The notes under the pieces were generated by a model, which ran no database searches, was not told the origin of the DNA, and was given only the letters and a program-made list of their open reading frames with translations. Source: an uncultured Phycisphaerales bacterium (GTDB taxonomy: Bacteria; Planctomycetota; Phycisphaerae; Phycisphaerales; SM1A02). Taken from it: a DNA stretch of 64,000 nucleotides. The position numbers were made by a program, and so were the translations under genes. The first letter of the stretch is position 1. Each line of letters opens with the position of its first letter. Location: contig CALKEP010000056.1 in assembly GCA_938084645.1 (NCBI GenBank), positions 1-64,000 on the forward strand. The letters are read 5' to 3'. Below, piece by piece: positions 53,569 to 64,000 of this stretch.

Positions 53569-53751
53569 CGTGGATCGTTCGCAGGATGCGAAGGTCCTGA
53601 AACCGCTCGAACCTTGCTTTTGCCGGTTCTTCCGGACCCGAATCTCCGCCTTGATCGGATAGAATCTCGGGTTGGAATCTCCGCGTCGTTCGCTCGGCCC
53701 GAGGGCCGTTCCGACCGTCGCCTCTCCGTCGCAGGTTCGAAGGGTCTACGC

Positions 53752-56553
53752 ATGTCGCTGAACGGCTGGAACGCCGAATTCGTCGAGGAACGCTACCGCG
53801 AGTGGAAGGCCGATCCCGAGTCGGTCGAGGCCGACTGGCGACGATTCTTCGAGGGCTTCGAGCTTGGCGCCGCCCGCCCCGAACCCGGTGAGACCGACGT
53901 CGCCCATTCCCTGCAGGGGAAGGTCGATTCGCTGATCTACCACTACCGCGACATCGGGCATCTCGCGGCCGACCTCGACCCGCTCGACCGCACGCGTCCC
54001 TTCCCCGAGAACCTCACCCTCGAGAGCTTCGGCCTCGGTGACGAGCACCTCGACGAGACCTTCGATCCGGGCGTGCTTCCACTGGAGAGTCCCGCACCGC
54101 TTCGCGACATCATCTCGCTGCTGGAAGCGACGTACTGCCGTCATATCGGCGCCGAGTACATGCACATCCAGGATCGCGAGAAGCGACGCTGGCTCCAGAA
54201 GCGGATGGAAGGCGTCGCCAACCAGCCACCGCGCAGCGACGAGGACCGCGTGCATCTCCTGGAGACGCTGGCCTCCGCGGACGCCTTCGAGACCTTCCTG
54301 CAGACCCGGTACGTCGGCAAGAAGCGGTTCGGCATCGAGGGGGGCGAGTCGCTCATCCCGCTGCTCGACACCATCATCGAACTCGCGCCGGCCAACGGCA
54401 TCAATGAATTCGTGATGGGGATGTCCCATCGCGGCCGACTCAACGTGCTCTGCAACATCCTCGGAAAGACCTACGGTCAGCTCTTCACGGAATTCGCGGA
54501 GAGCTGGGAGGAGGACTTCATCGCGGGCACCGGCGACGTGAAGTACCACGGGGCGTACTCCGGTGATCGAACCACGCGAAGCGGCCAGAACATCCGCCTC
54601 GCCCTCGCCGCGAATCCCTCCCATCTCGAGTTCGTGGATCCGATCGTGCTCGGCCGCTGCCGCGCCAAGCAGCGACTCCGCGACGACCACGCCCGCGAGA
54701 AGGTGGTGCCCCTGCTGATGCACGGCGACGCCGCGTTCGCCGGCCAGGGCATCGTCGCCGAGTGCTTCAACATGATGAGGCTCGACGGCTACACCGTGGG
54801 CGGCACGCTTCACGTGATCGTCAACAACCAGATCGGCTTCACCACCGAACAGACCGACTCCTTCAGTGGTCACTACGGCACCGACATCGCCAAGATGATC
54901 GACGCGCCGATCTTCCACGTGAACGGCGACGATCCCGAAGCCGTCGCCTGGGTCGCCCGGCTCGCGGTCGAGTACCGGCAGGCGTTCCACAACGACGTCG
55001 TGATCGACATGTGGTGCTACCGCCGACGCGGCCACAACGAGGCGGACGAGCCGAAGTTCACCCAGCCCGCGATGTACGACCGGATCAAGGCGCACCCCTC
55101 CGTCGCGAAGATCTATCGCGACCGACTGGTCGCCGAAGGACTCGTCGAGGAGGGCCGCTTCGTCGAGATGCAGGCCGCGTACATGAAGGTCATGGACGAG
55201 GCCCAGGCGAAGGCCGAGGCGAAGCCCGAGGACCCGCGGATCGAGGCGTTCGGATCGCTCTGGGAGGGACTCACCGACGAATACGACATCACCTCGATCG
55301 AGACGGGCATCGATCGCGCCACGTTCGACGAGGTCTTCGAAGGCATCGAGCGGCTCCCCGATGGCTTCGCCCATCACAAGACGCTCAAGCGCGGCTTCGA
55401 CAACCGCCGCAAGCTGTACGAGAACGACGAGATCGAGTGGGCGACGGGCGAGGCGCTGGCCTTCGGGAGTCTCCTCCTCGAAGGACATCCCATCCGACTC
55501 ACCGGCCAGGACGTGGAACGCGGCACCTTCAGCCACCGCCACATGGTGGTGCACGACCAGAAGACCGCCGAGCGGCACATGCCGATCAACGAGATCCGCG
55601 AAGGCCAGGCGAAGTTCTGCGTCCACAACAGCCCGCTCACGGAACAGGCGTGCCTCGGATTCGAGTACGGCTATTCGCTCACCGATCCCCGGATGCTGAT
55701 CATCTGGGAGGCGCAGTTCGGCGACTTCGTGAACGGCGCGCAGGTGATCGTCGACCAGTTCATCGCCTCCGCGGAGAAGAAGTGGGAACGGTCGTCGGGA
55801 CTCGCCCTCTTCCTCCCCCACGGAAACGAGGGCCTGGGACCGGAGCACTCCTCGGCGCGACTCGAACGGTTCCTGCAACTCTCCGCCGACGAGAACATGG
55901 TGGTCTGCGCCCCCACGCGGGCGTCGCAGATCTTCCACCTCATCCGGCGGCAGATGAACCAGTCGTTCCGAAAGCCCCTGATCGTGATGTCCCCCAAGAG
56001 CATGCTTCGCCTCCCGGCGTCGCGAAGCCCGATCTCACGCTTCCTGACCGGCGGCTACGTCAACGTCATCGACGACACCCGCTTCGAGGAGTCCGGCGGC
56101 GACCGGGATGCGGTGCGACAGGTGATCCTCTGCTCCGGCAAGGTCTATTACGACCTCGCGAGTCGCCGGGACGCGGTCGACCGCAAGGACGTCGCGATGG
56201 TCCGAATCGAGCAGATCGCGCCGTTCCCCGCGGGCGACGTCAAGCGCATCCTCGATCGATATCCGAACCACGAGACCGTCACCTGGGTCCAGGAGGAGCC
56301 GCGCAACCACGGTGCGTTCTACTTCGTGGATCGATCCATGCGGGAGATGCTCGAGATCGAGATCGAGGACATCACCCGGGTCGCGAGCCCGAGCCCCTCC
56401 GGCGGTTCGACCGCGATGCACGAGCAGGAGCAGCAGGAGATCGTGCTCGCGGCGATCGACGGCGGCCTCGACAGGAAGCCCCGCGGCGACGCCGCACCGA
56501 AGAAGCGGTCGTCCGACAAGCGTGATGCCCGCAAGACCTCGCGTTCGAATTGA
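53752..56553 (+). CDS. sucA: 2-oxoglutarate dehydrogenase E1
   Basis: KRFGIEGGES, HRGRLN, GDVKYH, HGDAAFAGQG, GHNEADEP, WEAQFGDF. Confidence 0.97.
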   Translation: MSLNGWNAEFVEERYREWKADPESVEADWRRFFEGFELGAARPEPGETDVAHSLQGKVDSLIYHYRDIGHLAADLDPLDRTRPFPENLTLESFGLGDEHLDETFDPGVLPLESPAPLRDIISLLEATYCRHIGAEYMHIQDREKRRWLQKRMEGVANQPPRSDEDRVHLLETLASADAFETFLQTRYVGKKRFGIEGGESLIPLLDTIIELAPANGINEFVMGMSHRGRLNVLCNILGKTYGQLFTEFAESWEEDFIAGTGDVKYHGAYSGDRTTRSGQNIRLALAANPSHLEFVDPIVLGRCRAKQRLRDDHAREKVVPLLMHGDAAFAGQGIVAECFNMMRLDGYTVGGTLHVIVNNQIGFTTEQTDSFSGHYGTDIAKMIDAPIFHVNGDDPEAVAWVARLAVEYRQAFHNDVVIDMWCYRRRGHNEADEPKFTQPAMYDRIKAHPSVAKIYRDRLVAEGLVEEGRFVEMQAAYMKVMDEAQAKAEAKPEDPRIEAFGSLWEGLTDEYDITSIETGIDRATFDEVFEGIERLPDGFAHHKTLKRGFDNRRKLYENDEIEWATGEALAFGSLLLEGHPIRLTGQDVERGTFSHRHMVVHDQKTAERHMPINEIREGQAKFCVHNSPLTEQACLGFEYGYSLTDPRMLIIWEAQFGDFVNGAQVIVDQFIASAEKKWERSSGLALFLPHGNEGLGPEHSSARLERFLQLSADENMVVCAPTRASQIFHLIRRQMNQSFRKPLIVMSPKSMLRLPASRSPISRFLTGGYVNVIDDTRFEESGGDRDAVRQVILCSGKVYYDLASRRDAVDRKDVAMVRIEQIAPFPAGDVKRILDRYPNHETVTWVQEEPRNHGAFYFVDRSMREMLEIEIEDITRVASPSPSGGSTAMHEQEQQEIVLAAIDGGLDRKPRGDAAPKKRSSDKRDARKTSRSN

Positions 56554-56653
56554 TTCGATCCATCCCCGTCGTCCGGTCACGCGACCGAACGGCCCCGTCC
56601 CACATCGATCCTCCGCATGAGGATCCGTACCCAGCAAAGGGCGACGCCTACCC

Positions 56654-57913
56654 ATGAGCGTGGAAATCACCATCCCGAGCCCGGGCGAATCGATCTCCGA
56701 AGTCACCGTCGGTACCTGGATGAAACAGACCGGCGACTGGGTCGACAAGGACGACATCCTCCTCGAGATCGAGTCGGACAAGGCGACGCTCGAGATCACC
56801 AGCCCCGCCTCGGGCGTGCTCTCCGCGACCGGCGAGACCGGCGCCGAACTCGCGGTGGGCGTCGTGATCGGCAGCATCGACACCGATGCCGAAAAGCCCG
56901 CCGGCAACGCTGCAGCCCCGGCCGAAACCGCCGCCGCGGCGCCCGCCGAGACCCCGGCGGTGGCCGCGAACGACGACGTGAAGGCCACGCCGGTGGCGAA
57001 GAAGCTCGCCGCGGATGAAGGAATCGACCTCGGAACGCTGAAGGGATCCGGACCGGCCGGACGCGTCACCAAGTCCGATGTCCTCGAAGCGGCCTCGGCG
57101 AAGGCCGCCGCGCCGACCCCCGCCCCCGCCGAGGCGGCCCCCGCACCGGCCGCGCCGGCGCCGGCCCCCGTCCCGATTCCCACCTCGAACACCGCCCCCG
57201 GAAGCCGGGAGGTCCGCCGCGTGCGGATGACCAAGCTTCGGCGTCGAATCGCGGAACGACTGGTCGAGAGCCAGCGGACCGCCGCCACGCTGACGACCTT
57301 CAACGAAGTCGACATGACCCGGTCGATGGCGATCCGCAAGGAGTACAAGGAAGCCTTCGCCGAGAAGCACGGGGTCGGACTCGGCTTCATGAGTTTCTTC
57401 GTCAAGGCCGCGGTCCAGGCCCTGCAGAACCAGCCGATCGTGAACGCCTCGATCATCGGTGAAGAGATCGAACACCACGACTACATGGACGTGGGCGTGG
57501 CGGTGGGCACCGACAAGGGATTGGTCGTTCCGGTGCTCCGCAACGCCGAGGGCATGTCCTTCGCCGAGGTCGAAGCCCGCATCAAGGACTTCGCGGTCCG
57601 GGCTCGAGCCGGCAAGCTCTCGGTTGACGAGATGACCGGCGGCACGTTCACCGTCTCGAACGGCGGCGTGTACGGCTCCATGATGTCGACGCCGATCCTC
57701 AATCCCCCGCAGTCGGGCATCCTCGGCATGCACGGCATCAAGAAGCGGGCGGTCGAAGACCCGGACAACCCCGGGACGATCGCCCTGCGTCCGATGATGT
57801 ACATCGCGATGAGCTACGACCACCGGATCATCGACGGCACCGAAGCGGTGACCTTCCTCAAGACCATCAAGGAATGCGTCGAGGCTCCGGAAAGATTGCT
57901 GCTGGATCTGTGA
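56654..57913 (+). CDS. sucB: Dihydrolipoyllysine succinyltransferase E2
   Basis: Lipoyl IESDKA, E3-binding domain, Ala/Pro linkers, SYDHRIIDG. Confidence 0.97.
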   Translation: MSVEITIPSPGESISEVTVGTWMKQTGDWVDKDDILLEIESDKATLEITSPASGVLSATGETGAELAVGVVIGSIDTDAEKPAGNAAAPAETAAAAPAETPAVAANDDVKATPVAKKLAADEGIDLGTLKGSGPAGRVTKSDVLEAASAKAAAPTPAPAEAAPAPAAPAPAPVPIPTSNTAPGSREVRRVRMTKLRRRIAERLVESQRTAATLTTFNEVDMTRSMAIRKEYKEAFAEKHGVGLGFMSFFVKAAVQALQNQPIVNASIIGEEIEHHDYMDVGVAVGTDKGLVVPVLRNAEGMSFAEVEARIKDFAVRARAGKLSVDEMTGGTFTVSNGGVYGSMMSTPILNPPQSGILGMHGIKKRAVEDPDNPGTIALRPMMYIAMSYDHRIIDGTEAVTFLKTIKECVEAPERLLLDL

Positions 57914-58887
57914 CCGAGGCGGATATCAAGACCGCCCCTCCGGGCGTCCGCGTCGTTCCGACGTCCAGCGGTTACGAGTGGAGCGATCTTCTGGCCTACG
58001 ACCAGCGGATGCGGCGGTTCGCTCGACCGCTGTGGGTGATGAGCTGGATCGCGGCCGCGGGTTTCGTGCTCCTGCTGGCCGGCATCACCGTCGGCGTTCC
58101 GCGCCTCGCCTACCTCGGACTCGGGCTCGGCGGGGGACTCCCCACGCTGATCATGTCGTCCATGTTGCTCATCCAACTGAGCCGCAATCCGTCCTCGCCG
58201 ATCGGCGCCCCGACGTCGAGCCTCGTCACGTCGAATGACGCCGGCCTGCCAGCCTGGTCACCCACCACTGATGCCGACATCCTCAACCGCCTCGAAGCGA
58301 CCGTCGAGGAAGACGGATCGGCGATGGAATTCCATGCGGTGGTGGATGGCAGCATCTGGTCGGAACTCGAACGGATCCCAATCCTCCCCGATCTGCTGGA
58401 AGAGGAACCACTGGTTCACGGCGCCTGGCGATCGTGGCGACCCGAATCGATGATGCTCGTCATCTTCGTCGCGAGCATGTTGGTGGCATGCGCGAACATG
58501 TCATGGCTCTTCGGAACCACGTTGTCTCCCCTGTCGATGATCCTCTTCTACCCCATCATGATCATGGGCCCGCTGTTCCGCACCCCGATCGCGTCGGGGA
58601 TCAACCGGGCCTGGTCCCACGTGATGCCCCGATTCACGATGGGCACCGGATTCCTTCGAACCCGCCGGACGGGCGAGGTGATCCGGACCGACCAGACGAT
58701 CCTGTACGCCCGCCGCATGCTCGGCCCCACGGGCATCGACGACCGGATCATGGTCGACCTCGTCGGCGTCCCCACCAGCCGGCTCTTCTACGACGGCCCG
58801 GAAGACCCGGCATTCGTCGATCTCTGGCGTCGCTGGGTCCATCCGAATCCGCGGCCCGAGCTCGCCGAGACGGGATCCGCGGACTGA
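57910..58887 (+). CDS. Hypothetical membrane protein (about 4 TM)
   Basis: GTGA overlap with the sucB stop; two hydrophobic hairpins. Confidence 0.6.
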   Translation: MTEADIKTAPPGVRVVPTSSGYEWSDLLAYDQRMRRFARPLWVMSWIAAAGFVLLLAGITVGVPRLAYLGLGLGGGLPTLIMSSMLLIQLSRNPSSPIGAPTSSLVTSNDAGLPAWSPTTDADILNRLEATVEEDGSAMEFHAVVDGSIWSELERIPILPDLLEEEPLVHGAWRSWRPESMMLVIFVASMLVACANMSWLFGTTLSPLSMILFYPIMIMGPLFRTPIASGINRAWSHVMPRFTMGTGFLRTRRTGEVIRTDQTILYARRMLGPTGIDDRIMVDLVGVPTSRLFYDGPEDPAFVDLWRRWVHPNPRPELAETGSAD

Positions 58888-58927
58888 CACCCGAGCAGCG
58901 TCGGAATCGACCTGCGACACTGCCGCC

Positions 58928-59905
58928 GTGACCGCCCCACCACCATCCCCCGATTCGGCGTCGCCCGATCCCGGCCACGCGCCGGTGATGCCGGAGGCGA
59001 TCCTCGCCCAGCTGGCGGTCCGGCCCGGCGAGCTCGTGCTCGACTGCACCGCCGGCCGTGGTGGTCACGCCGCCCTCCTCGCGGCCGAGACCGGGCCCGA
59101 TGGCACGCTCTACCTCTGCGATCTCGACCCCGGAAACCTCGATTTCGCGGCGGCCCGGGTGAAGGCCGAGACCGGCGTCCCGACCGTTTCTCTCCAGGGG
59201 TCCTATGTCCGCGCTCCCCGTGATCTCCGCGGCGATGGCATCGCCGTCGATGCGGTGCTCGCCGACCTCGGCTTCGCAAGCACCCAGGTCGACGATGCCG
59301 AACGCGGATTCTCATTCCTGCGGGACGGCCCCCTCGACATGCGAATGGACCCGGGCGGCCCGGTGACCGCGGCCGATCTCCTGGCTGGAAGCGACGAACG
59401 CGAGCTCGCCCGCATCATCCACGAGTACGGCGAGGAACCGTTGTCGCGACGCATCGCCCGAAATATTGTCCAAAAGAGAGCCGTCGACCCGATTGCTACT
59501 ACGGCGGATCTCGCCGGACTCGTTCGTGATGCCTACGGGCAGCGTGCCGCGTCGAGCCGACTCCATCCCGCCACCCGCACCTTCCAGGCGCTCCGAATCG
59601 CCGTCAACGACGAATTCGGCGCCCTGGACGGCCTGCTTCGGCAGGTCCTCGAGGCGGCGGAGGCGATCGGAGCCGGCCAGCCGACCTGGCTTGCTGATGG
59701 TGCGAGGGTGGCGTTTCTCACCTTCCACAGTCTCGAGGATCGACGGGTCAAGCGAGCCTTCGCCGAACTGGACCGACGTGGCCTTGGAAGCGCACCGGCA
59801 CGGATGCCGATCCTGCCCTCCGAGACCGAGATCGCGATCAACACCAGATCGCGGTCGGCGAAGCTTCGAGTCGCCGTGGTGGGCGACCGTGCCGAGCGAG
59901 CCTGA
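58928..59905 (+). CDS. rsmH: 16S rRNA m4C1402 methyltransferase
   Basis: HAPVM, DCTAGRGGHA, RGFSF..DGPLDMRM, TRTFQALRIAVN, FHSLEDR, RSRSAKLR. Confidence 0.96.
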   Translation: MTAPPPSPDSASPDPGHAPVMPEAILAQLAVRPGELVLDCTAGRGGHAALLAAETGPDGTLYLCDLDPGNLDFAAARVKAETGVPTVSLQGSYVRAPRDLRGDGIAVDAVLADLGFASTQVDDAERGFSFLRDGPLDMRMDPGGPVTAADLLAGSDERELARIIHEYGEEPLSRRIARNIVQKRAVDPIATTADLAGLVRDAYGQRAASSRLHPATRTFQALRIAVNDEFGALDGLLRQVLEAAEAIGAGQPTWLADGARVAFLTFHSLEDRRVKRAFAELDRRGLGSAPARMPILPSETEIAINTRSRSAKLRVAVVGDRAERA

Positions 59906-59990
59906 GGTTGCGAACCTCACCCGCTTGGGGAGCGGATCGAAACAACGGCGGCCTGCGAGGTCGCCCCGACAGCAGGGACGCTGACGACAC

Positions 59991-60677
59991 ATGACCCGAG
60001 ATCACAAGCTTGCATTGGTGGTCGGCTTCGGCCTGATCCTCTTCGTCGGAATCCTCGTGACCGACCATCTCTCGGCCACCACGCAATCGGATGATCTCCT
60101 GCCCCAGAACGCGGTCACCAGCGACTGGGATCAACCGCTCACCCTCGCCGCCACGCCCCGTGCGACGTTCCGAGACGACGCGGTCGGGTCAGCCGCTCCC
60201 CGCACCACGCCGATTCGCAACGAATCCCCGACTCGCGTCGCGGAAGCGGTGATCGAGCCGGAGATCCGCCTCGAACCGGAAGTGGTCGTCGAACGGCCCG
60301 TTCCGCGGTCCCCGGAACGGATCGTCCACGTCGTGCAGTCGGGCGAGACGCTCCAGGAGATCTCGAAGCGGTACTTCCAGACCGTTCGTCGTTGGAAGGA
60401 CATCGCCGACGCGAATCGCGGCGTGCTTCCCAACCCGGATCGTCTCCGTTCGGGCATCCGACTCGTGATCCCGGACGCCACGGTCCGCACCGACGATCGT
60501 CGGATCCGCGAGGTCGTCGACGCGCGAACCTACACCGTCCGTCCCGGCGACTCGCTCAGTTCGATCGCCGGGCGTGAACTCGGGGATCCCCGTCGATATC
60601 CCGAGATCAAGCGACGAAATCGCTTGAACGGGGATTCCCTGCAGCCCGGACAGAAGCTCCAACTCCCCGATCGCTGA
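59991..60677 (+). CDS. Membrane-anchored protein with two LysM domains
   Basis: N-terminal TM; HVVQSGETLQEIS and YTVRPGDSLSSIA. Confidence 0.9.
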   Translation: MTRDHKLALVVGFGLILFVGILVTDHLSATTQSDDLLPQNAVTSDWDQPLTLAATPRATFRDDAVGSAAPRTTPIRNESPTRVAEAVIEPEIRLEPEVVVERPVPRSPERIVHVVQSGETLQEISKRYFQTVRRWKDIADANRGVLPNPDRLRSGIRLVIPDATVRTDDRRIREVVDARTYTVRPGDSLSSIAGRELGDPRRYPEIKRRNRLNGDSLQPGQKLQLPDR

Positions 60678-60706
60678 ACGACCTTGGACAGGGTTCGAAT
60701 CTCTTC

Positions 60707-61138
60707 ATGTTCTGGAAGCTGATCCTCATCGTCCTCACCCTCGGTGGCACCGCCTGCGGTCTGCTGGTGCTTCGCCAGCAGGAACGTGACGTCTTCGCCA
60801 CCCAGACCGTGCTTCGACGTGAGATCAGCCGGTTGGAGCACGAACTCCAGGCCAAGGCCCTTCGAATCGCGGAACTGAGTCGGCTCGAAGTGCTCCGCAC
60901 CTATCGGGACGAGGCTGCGGCGAGCCGTGGCGTCTCCTGGCGACCGCTCCCGTTCGCACCCGACTTCCGGCGGTCCGCGATCCGTCCCGAGGCATCCGAT
61001 GGCCAAACGGCCCCCGAGGCGAGCAACCGACCAGACCTGCCGCCCCGCGATCTGGCCTCTGCCGACGAGTCGACCGGCGCCCACTCGCGGGAGCCGAGCG
61101 TCCCCCACGGCGTCGAGACCGACAGGACCGGGAGTTGA
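60707..61138 (+). CDS. Small bitopic coiled-coil protein, FtsL-like by position and architecture
   Basis: N-terminal TM followed by heptad-like LRREISRLEHELQAKALRIAEL; lies directly upstream of the PBP gene. Confidence 0.55.
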   Translation: MFWKLILIVLTLGGTACGLLVLRQQERDVFATQTVLRREISRLEHELQAKALRIAELSRLEVLRTYRDEAAASRGVSWRPLPFAPDFRRSAIRPEASDGQTAPEASNRPDLPPRDLASADESTGAHSREPSVPHGVETDRTGS

Positions 61139-61143
61139 GCCGG

Positions 61144-63486
61144 ATGCATCGCTCCGACGGATCGACCGAATCACCTTCGCTGGAACCGGCTTCCGCGTCG
61201 ATCCGAACCCGGGGCGACCGGGTCGCGAAACTCCTCCTCTGGGGAACCACCGCGCTTCTCGGGACCGCATTCCTCCGAACCGTCCAGCTCCAGGTCTGGC
61301 CGGACGAGACCGTCCTCTCCCTGATGGGCCGTCGTCACGCCACCGTGGCCGAGATTCGACCGCGTGGGGACATCTACGATCGAAAGGGACGGTTGATCGC
61401 GACCACCGTGCTCGGGCACGATCTCGGCGTCGATCCCAAGTTCCTCATGGACGTGGCCGACAAGGTCACGACGGACGCCGGCGATCCGATCCCCAATCCC
61501 ATCGCCTGGCTGGCCGACACGGTCTCCATGCACACCGGAATCGAGCGGGAGATGCTCGAGGATCGTCTTGGCCCGGAACTCGTCGTCGACGTGGCCGCAC
61601 TCATGCACGCCGCCTCGGCGCAGGGCGAAGAGGATCCGCTCACCCCGCTCGCGGCGGACATCGCCCGCAACACCGGACTCGATCGACGCGACGTCGAATC
61701 GATCCTCTTCGACGATCTCGACGCGACCCGCGTGGTGCTCGCCGGTCCGCGCGATCTCCGCGACACGAATCTCCGGGAACTCCGGGCTGCACTTCCGGAA
61801 GCGGTCACCCTCGAGGGACTCGACGCCCGGTACGTCCGCCTCGCGCAGGCCGAGGATCTCCGCGACGTGGATCTCGCGATGCTCCGTTCGGAACTGCCTC
61901 CCGGCGTGGTGCTCACCGCCCGCCCGGACCGCAGATCGAACGCCAGCACCCTCGCGTCATCGCTGGTGGGCTCGGTCGGTGCCTATGAACCCCCGAACGC
62001 CCGACTCGGCACCGAAGGACGCCAGCGCGGCCGTTCCGGTGTCGAACATGCCCGCGACGGGCAACTCAAGCAGACCCGGGGACGGATGACCTACCAGAAG
62101 GACGCCCGGGGACGAGCGACCGAGGTCCGGGAGGGCGACTACGTCCCCGGCGGTGACGGAGACGACATCGATCTCTCGATCGATCTGGTGATCCAGCAGA
62201 TCGCCGAGACCCGGCTCGCCGAAGCGGTCGCGGCCCACAAGGCCGTCGGCGGTTGGATCGTCGTCGTCGATCCGCGGACCGGCGACGTGCTCGCCGCTCA
62301 CGACATTCTCGACAACGCCGAGGCGCGACGCCGCGGGCCGACGATCTGGCCGCCGAACGCGCTCGATCCCGCTCGGGATGAACTCGGTGAGGCGCATGCC
62401 CGCAATCGCGTCTGGACCGACGTGTACGAGCCCGGATCGACGTTCAAGACGATGTTCTGGGCCTGGGCGGTCCAGCGAGGCCTGGCTCGACCGGACGAAA
62501 CGGTCACGGATCGCGCCGGACGCACCACCCCCGGGGGTGGTTTCGCCACCTCCGGACTCTCCTTCTCCTATCCGGGGCAGCGTGGGCTTCGGCGGGTTCG
62601 GGACGCCTACGGAACGTCGAAGTCCGACTGGTCGACGTGCCTTGAAAAGAGCCTCAACACCGGCATGGCGATGGTCGCGCTTCGCATGGCCGATGACGAC
62701 CGCCGACGCGGATTCGACGTCGGCGCAGGCATGCACGAGATGTTCCGCGATTTCGGATTCTCCCATCGGACGGGCATCGACATGGGCGGCGCCGAGCAGA
62801 CCGGTCGCATCACGCCGAGGTTCATCACCGACGCCCGATCCGGCGAACGCAAGCGGACCTGGTTCCCCCTCTGGAGCCAGATCACCGTCAGCTTCGGGCA
62901 GGAGATCGCGGTGACGCCGCTTCAGATGATCCGGGCGTACTGCCCCATCGCCCGGAACGACGGCCGCCTGCCGGCCCTCCGCCTGGTGCGATCGACGACG
63001 ACCGGCATCCAAGCCGTGCCGACCTCGCAGGTCCTCGATCGCGAGACCGTCATGGAGACCCGGACCGTCCTTCGTCGAGTCGTCGAGAACGTCAACCGGA
63101 AGTTCGATCGTCCCGAGCGCGGCTATGAGCTCTGGGGCAAGTCCGGTACCGCCCAGCGGGTCCGGTACGTCGAGAAGACGGACCCCGTCACCGGCGAGCG
63201 GACCTGGACACCGGCCGGCTACTGGGACCGCGACACGCACGGCGTCGGACACTACAACTCGAGCTTCATCGGCGCCGGCCCCTTCGACGAACCCAAGCTG
63301 GTCGTCGCGTGCTGTCTCGAGGATCCCGAAGTCACGAGCGGACTCAACATCGAGATCAACAACGGCCGCGGGTACTACGGAAGTTCATCCGCCGGTCCGG
63401 TGGTGCTGGATGTGCTCGAAGCCTCGCTCGAATACCTCGGCGTGCGGCCCGACGCGGTCCACACGATCGTCGCCGCCGACGGCTGA
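61144..63486 (+). CDS. ftsI: Class B penicillin-binding protein (FtsI-like)
   Basis: TM, RGDIYDRKG, GRSGVE, LSID..IQ, EPGSTFK (SxxK), SLN, KSGTAQ; alternative TTG start at 61135. Confidence 0.88.
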   Translation: MHRSDGSTESPSLEPASASIRTRGDRVAKLLLWGTTALLGTAFLRTVQLQVWPDETVLSLMGRRHATVAEIRPRGDIYDRKGRLIATTVLGHDLGVDPKFLMDVADKVTTDAGDPIPNPIAWLADTVSMHTGIEREMLEDRLGPELVVDVAALMHAASAQGEEDPLTPLAADIARNTGLDRRDVESILFDDLDATRVVLAGPRDLRDTNLRELRAALPEAVTLEGLDARYVRLAQAEDLRDVDLAMLRSELPPGVVLTARPDRRSNASTLASSLVGSVGAYEPPNARLGTEGRQRGRSGVEHARDGQLKQTRGRMTYQKDARGRATEVREGDYVPGGDGDDIDLSIDLVIQQIAETRLAEAVAAHKAVGGWIVVVDPRTGDVLAAHDILDNAEARRRGPTIWPPNALDPARDELGEAHARNRVWTDVYEPGSTFKTMFWAWAVQRGLARPDETVTDRAGRTTPGGGFATSGLSFSYPGQRGLRRVRDAYGTSKSDWSTCLEKSLNTGMAMVALRMADDDRRRGFDVGAGMHEMFRDFGFSHRTGIDMGGAEQTGRITPRFITDARSGERKRTWFPLWSQITVSFGQEIAVTPLQMIRAYCPIARNDGRLPALRLVRSTTTGIQAVPTSQVLDRETVMETRTVLRRVVENVNRKFDRPERGYELWGKSGTAQRVRYVEKTDPVTGERTWTPAGYWDRDTHGVGHYNSSFIGAGPFDEPKLVVACCLEDPEVTSGLNIEINNGRGYYGSSSAGPVVLDVLEASLEYLGVRPDAVHTIVAADG

Positions 63487-63563
63487 GCCGCGCCATCCAT
63501 CACGTCGATGTCGGCGGCAGTGCGTGACCTGGAACGGAGGCCGAGGGCGTCCCGCCGAGGAGA

Positions 63564-64000
63564 TCACCCTGCGTCGCGTTCCGAATCCTCGGTGGCCTGG
63601 GCCGACGCTTCCGAGATCACGTCTCGCCCGCGGGCCTCGAGCGTCTGCATCATCCACCGGTGCCGGAGGGCCGCCTTGATGGCGGTCGCGCCGACCATCC
63701 CGAAGAACACCGTCGCGACGCCGTAGACGAGCAGGTACCGGGCGAAGCCGAATGCCACCGCGGCCGCGAGCCCCACCCCGATGACCACGAAGACGAGATC
63801 GATGGTGTAGAGGACCACCACCGCCTTCTTCACCGACTTGAAGCTTCGCAACAGGATGTGGTGGATGTGGTTCCGATCCGGTGCGGACATCGGGAGCCCC
63901 GCGAGCTTTCGCCGAAGGATCGCGAGGACGGTGTCCATGATCGGGAGGGCGAAGATGATCAGGCCGGCGATCACGTAATGGGTCTGCCCCTCGCTTCCGA
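63564..64000 (-). CDS. WecA/MraY-family polyprenyl-phosphate sugar-1-phosphate transferase, 5' part outside window
   Basis: PIMDTVLAILRR...APDRNHIHH is the WecA-type loop motif. Confidence 0.85.
   Translation of the reverse strand, partial: GSEGQTHYVIAGLIIFALPIMDTVLAILRRKLAGLPMSAPDRNHIHHILLRSFKSVKKAVVVLYTIDLVFVVIGVGLAAAVAFGFARYLLVYGVATVFFGMVGATAIKAALRHRWMMQTLEARGRDVISEASAQATEDSERDAG

Noticed and set aside
56900..57180. Ala/Pro-rich repeats in sucB
   Set aside because: Ordinary flexible linkers of E2 subunits.

Overview
High-GC (roughly two-thirds by eye), gene-dense bacterial chromosome window. The lineage is most likely Planctomycetota, class Phycisphaerae; this is inferred from a dockerin-like C-terminal repeat, CxxC..CPECG zinc-ribbon membrane proteins, a Gly-rich stand-alone secretin and a minimal dcw cluster. 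1-16.8 kb is a surface-glycan locus resembling Bordetella wlb and Pseudomonas wbp genes. It is followed by an SLC13 transporter, cysC/cysD/cysNC, a GH57, exported hypotheticals and a split opp locus. 32.7-41.6 kb holds a pentaheme cytochrome with a dockerin-like tail, an ABC-2 permease, a probable 6S RNA upstream of rny, and a tandem pair of Cys-motif membrane proteins. The rest contains an epimerase, a DUF4139-like protein, rsmA, an anti-sigma/STAS pair, the secretin, carA, priA, sucAB, rsmH-LysM-ftsL-like-ftsI and a partial WecA-like gene. I saw no mobile element, CRISPR array, rRNA or tRNA, and no single new system is proven. Best leads: (1) a recurrent TANNNT box 6-8 nt before SD-less start codons, suggesting leaderless mRNAs; (2) the remodelled dcw cluster, whose FtsI carries two internal tandem duplications; (3) the Cys-motif membrane protein pair; (4) the pentaheme-dockerin protein. 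All product calls come from motif recognition, not database searches.
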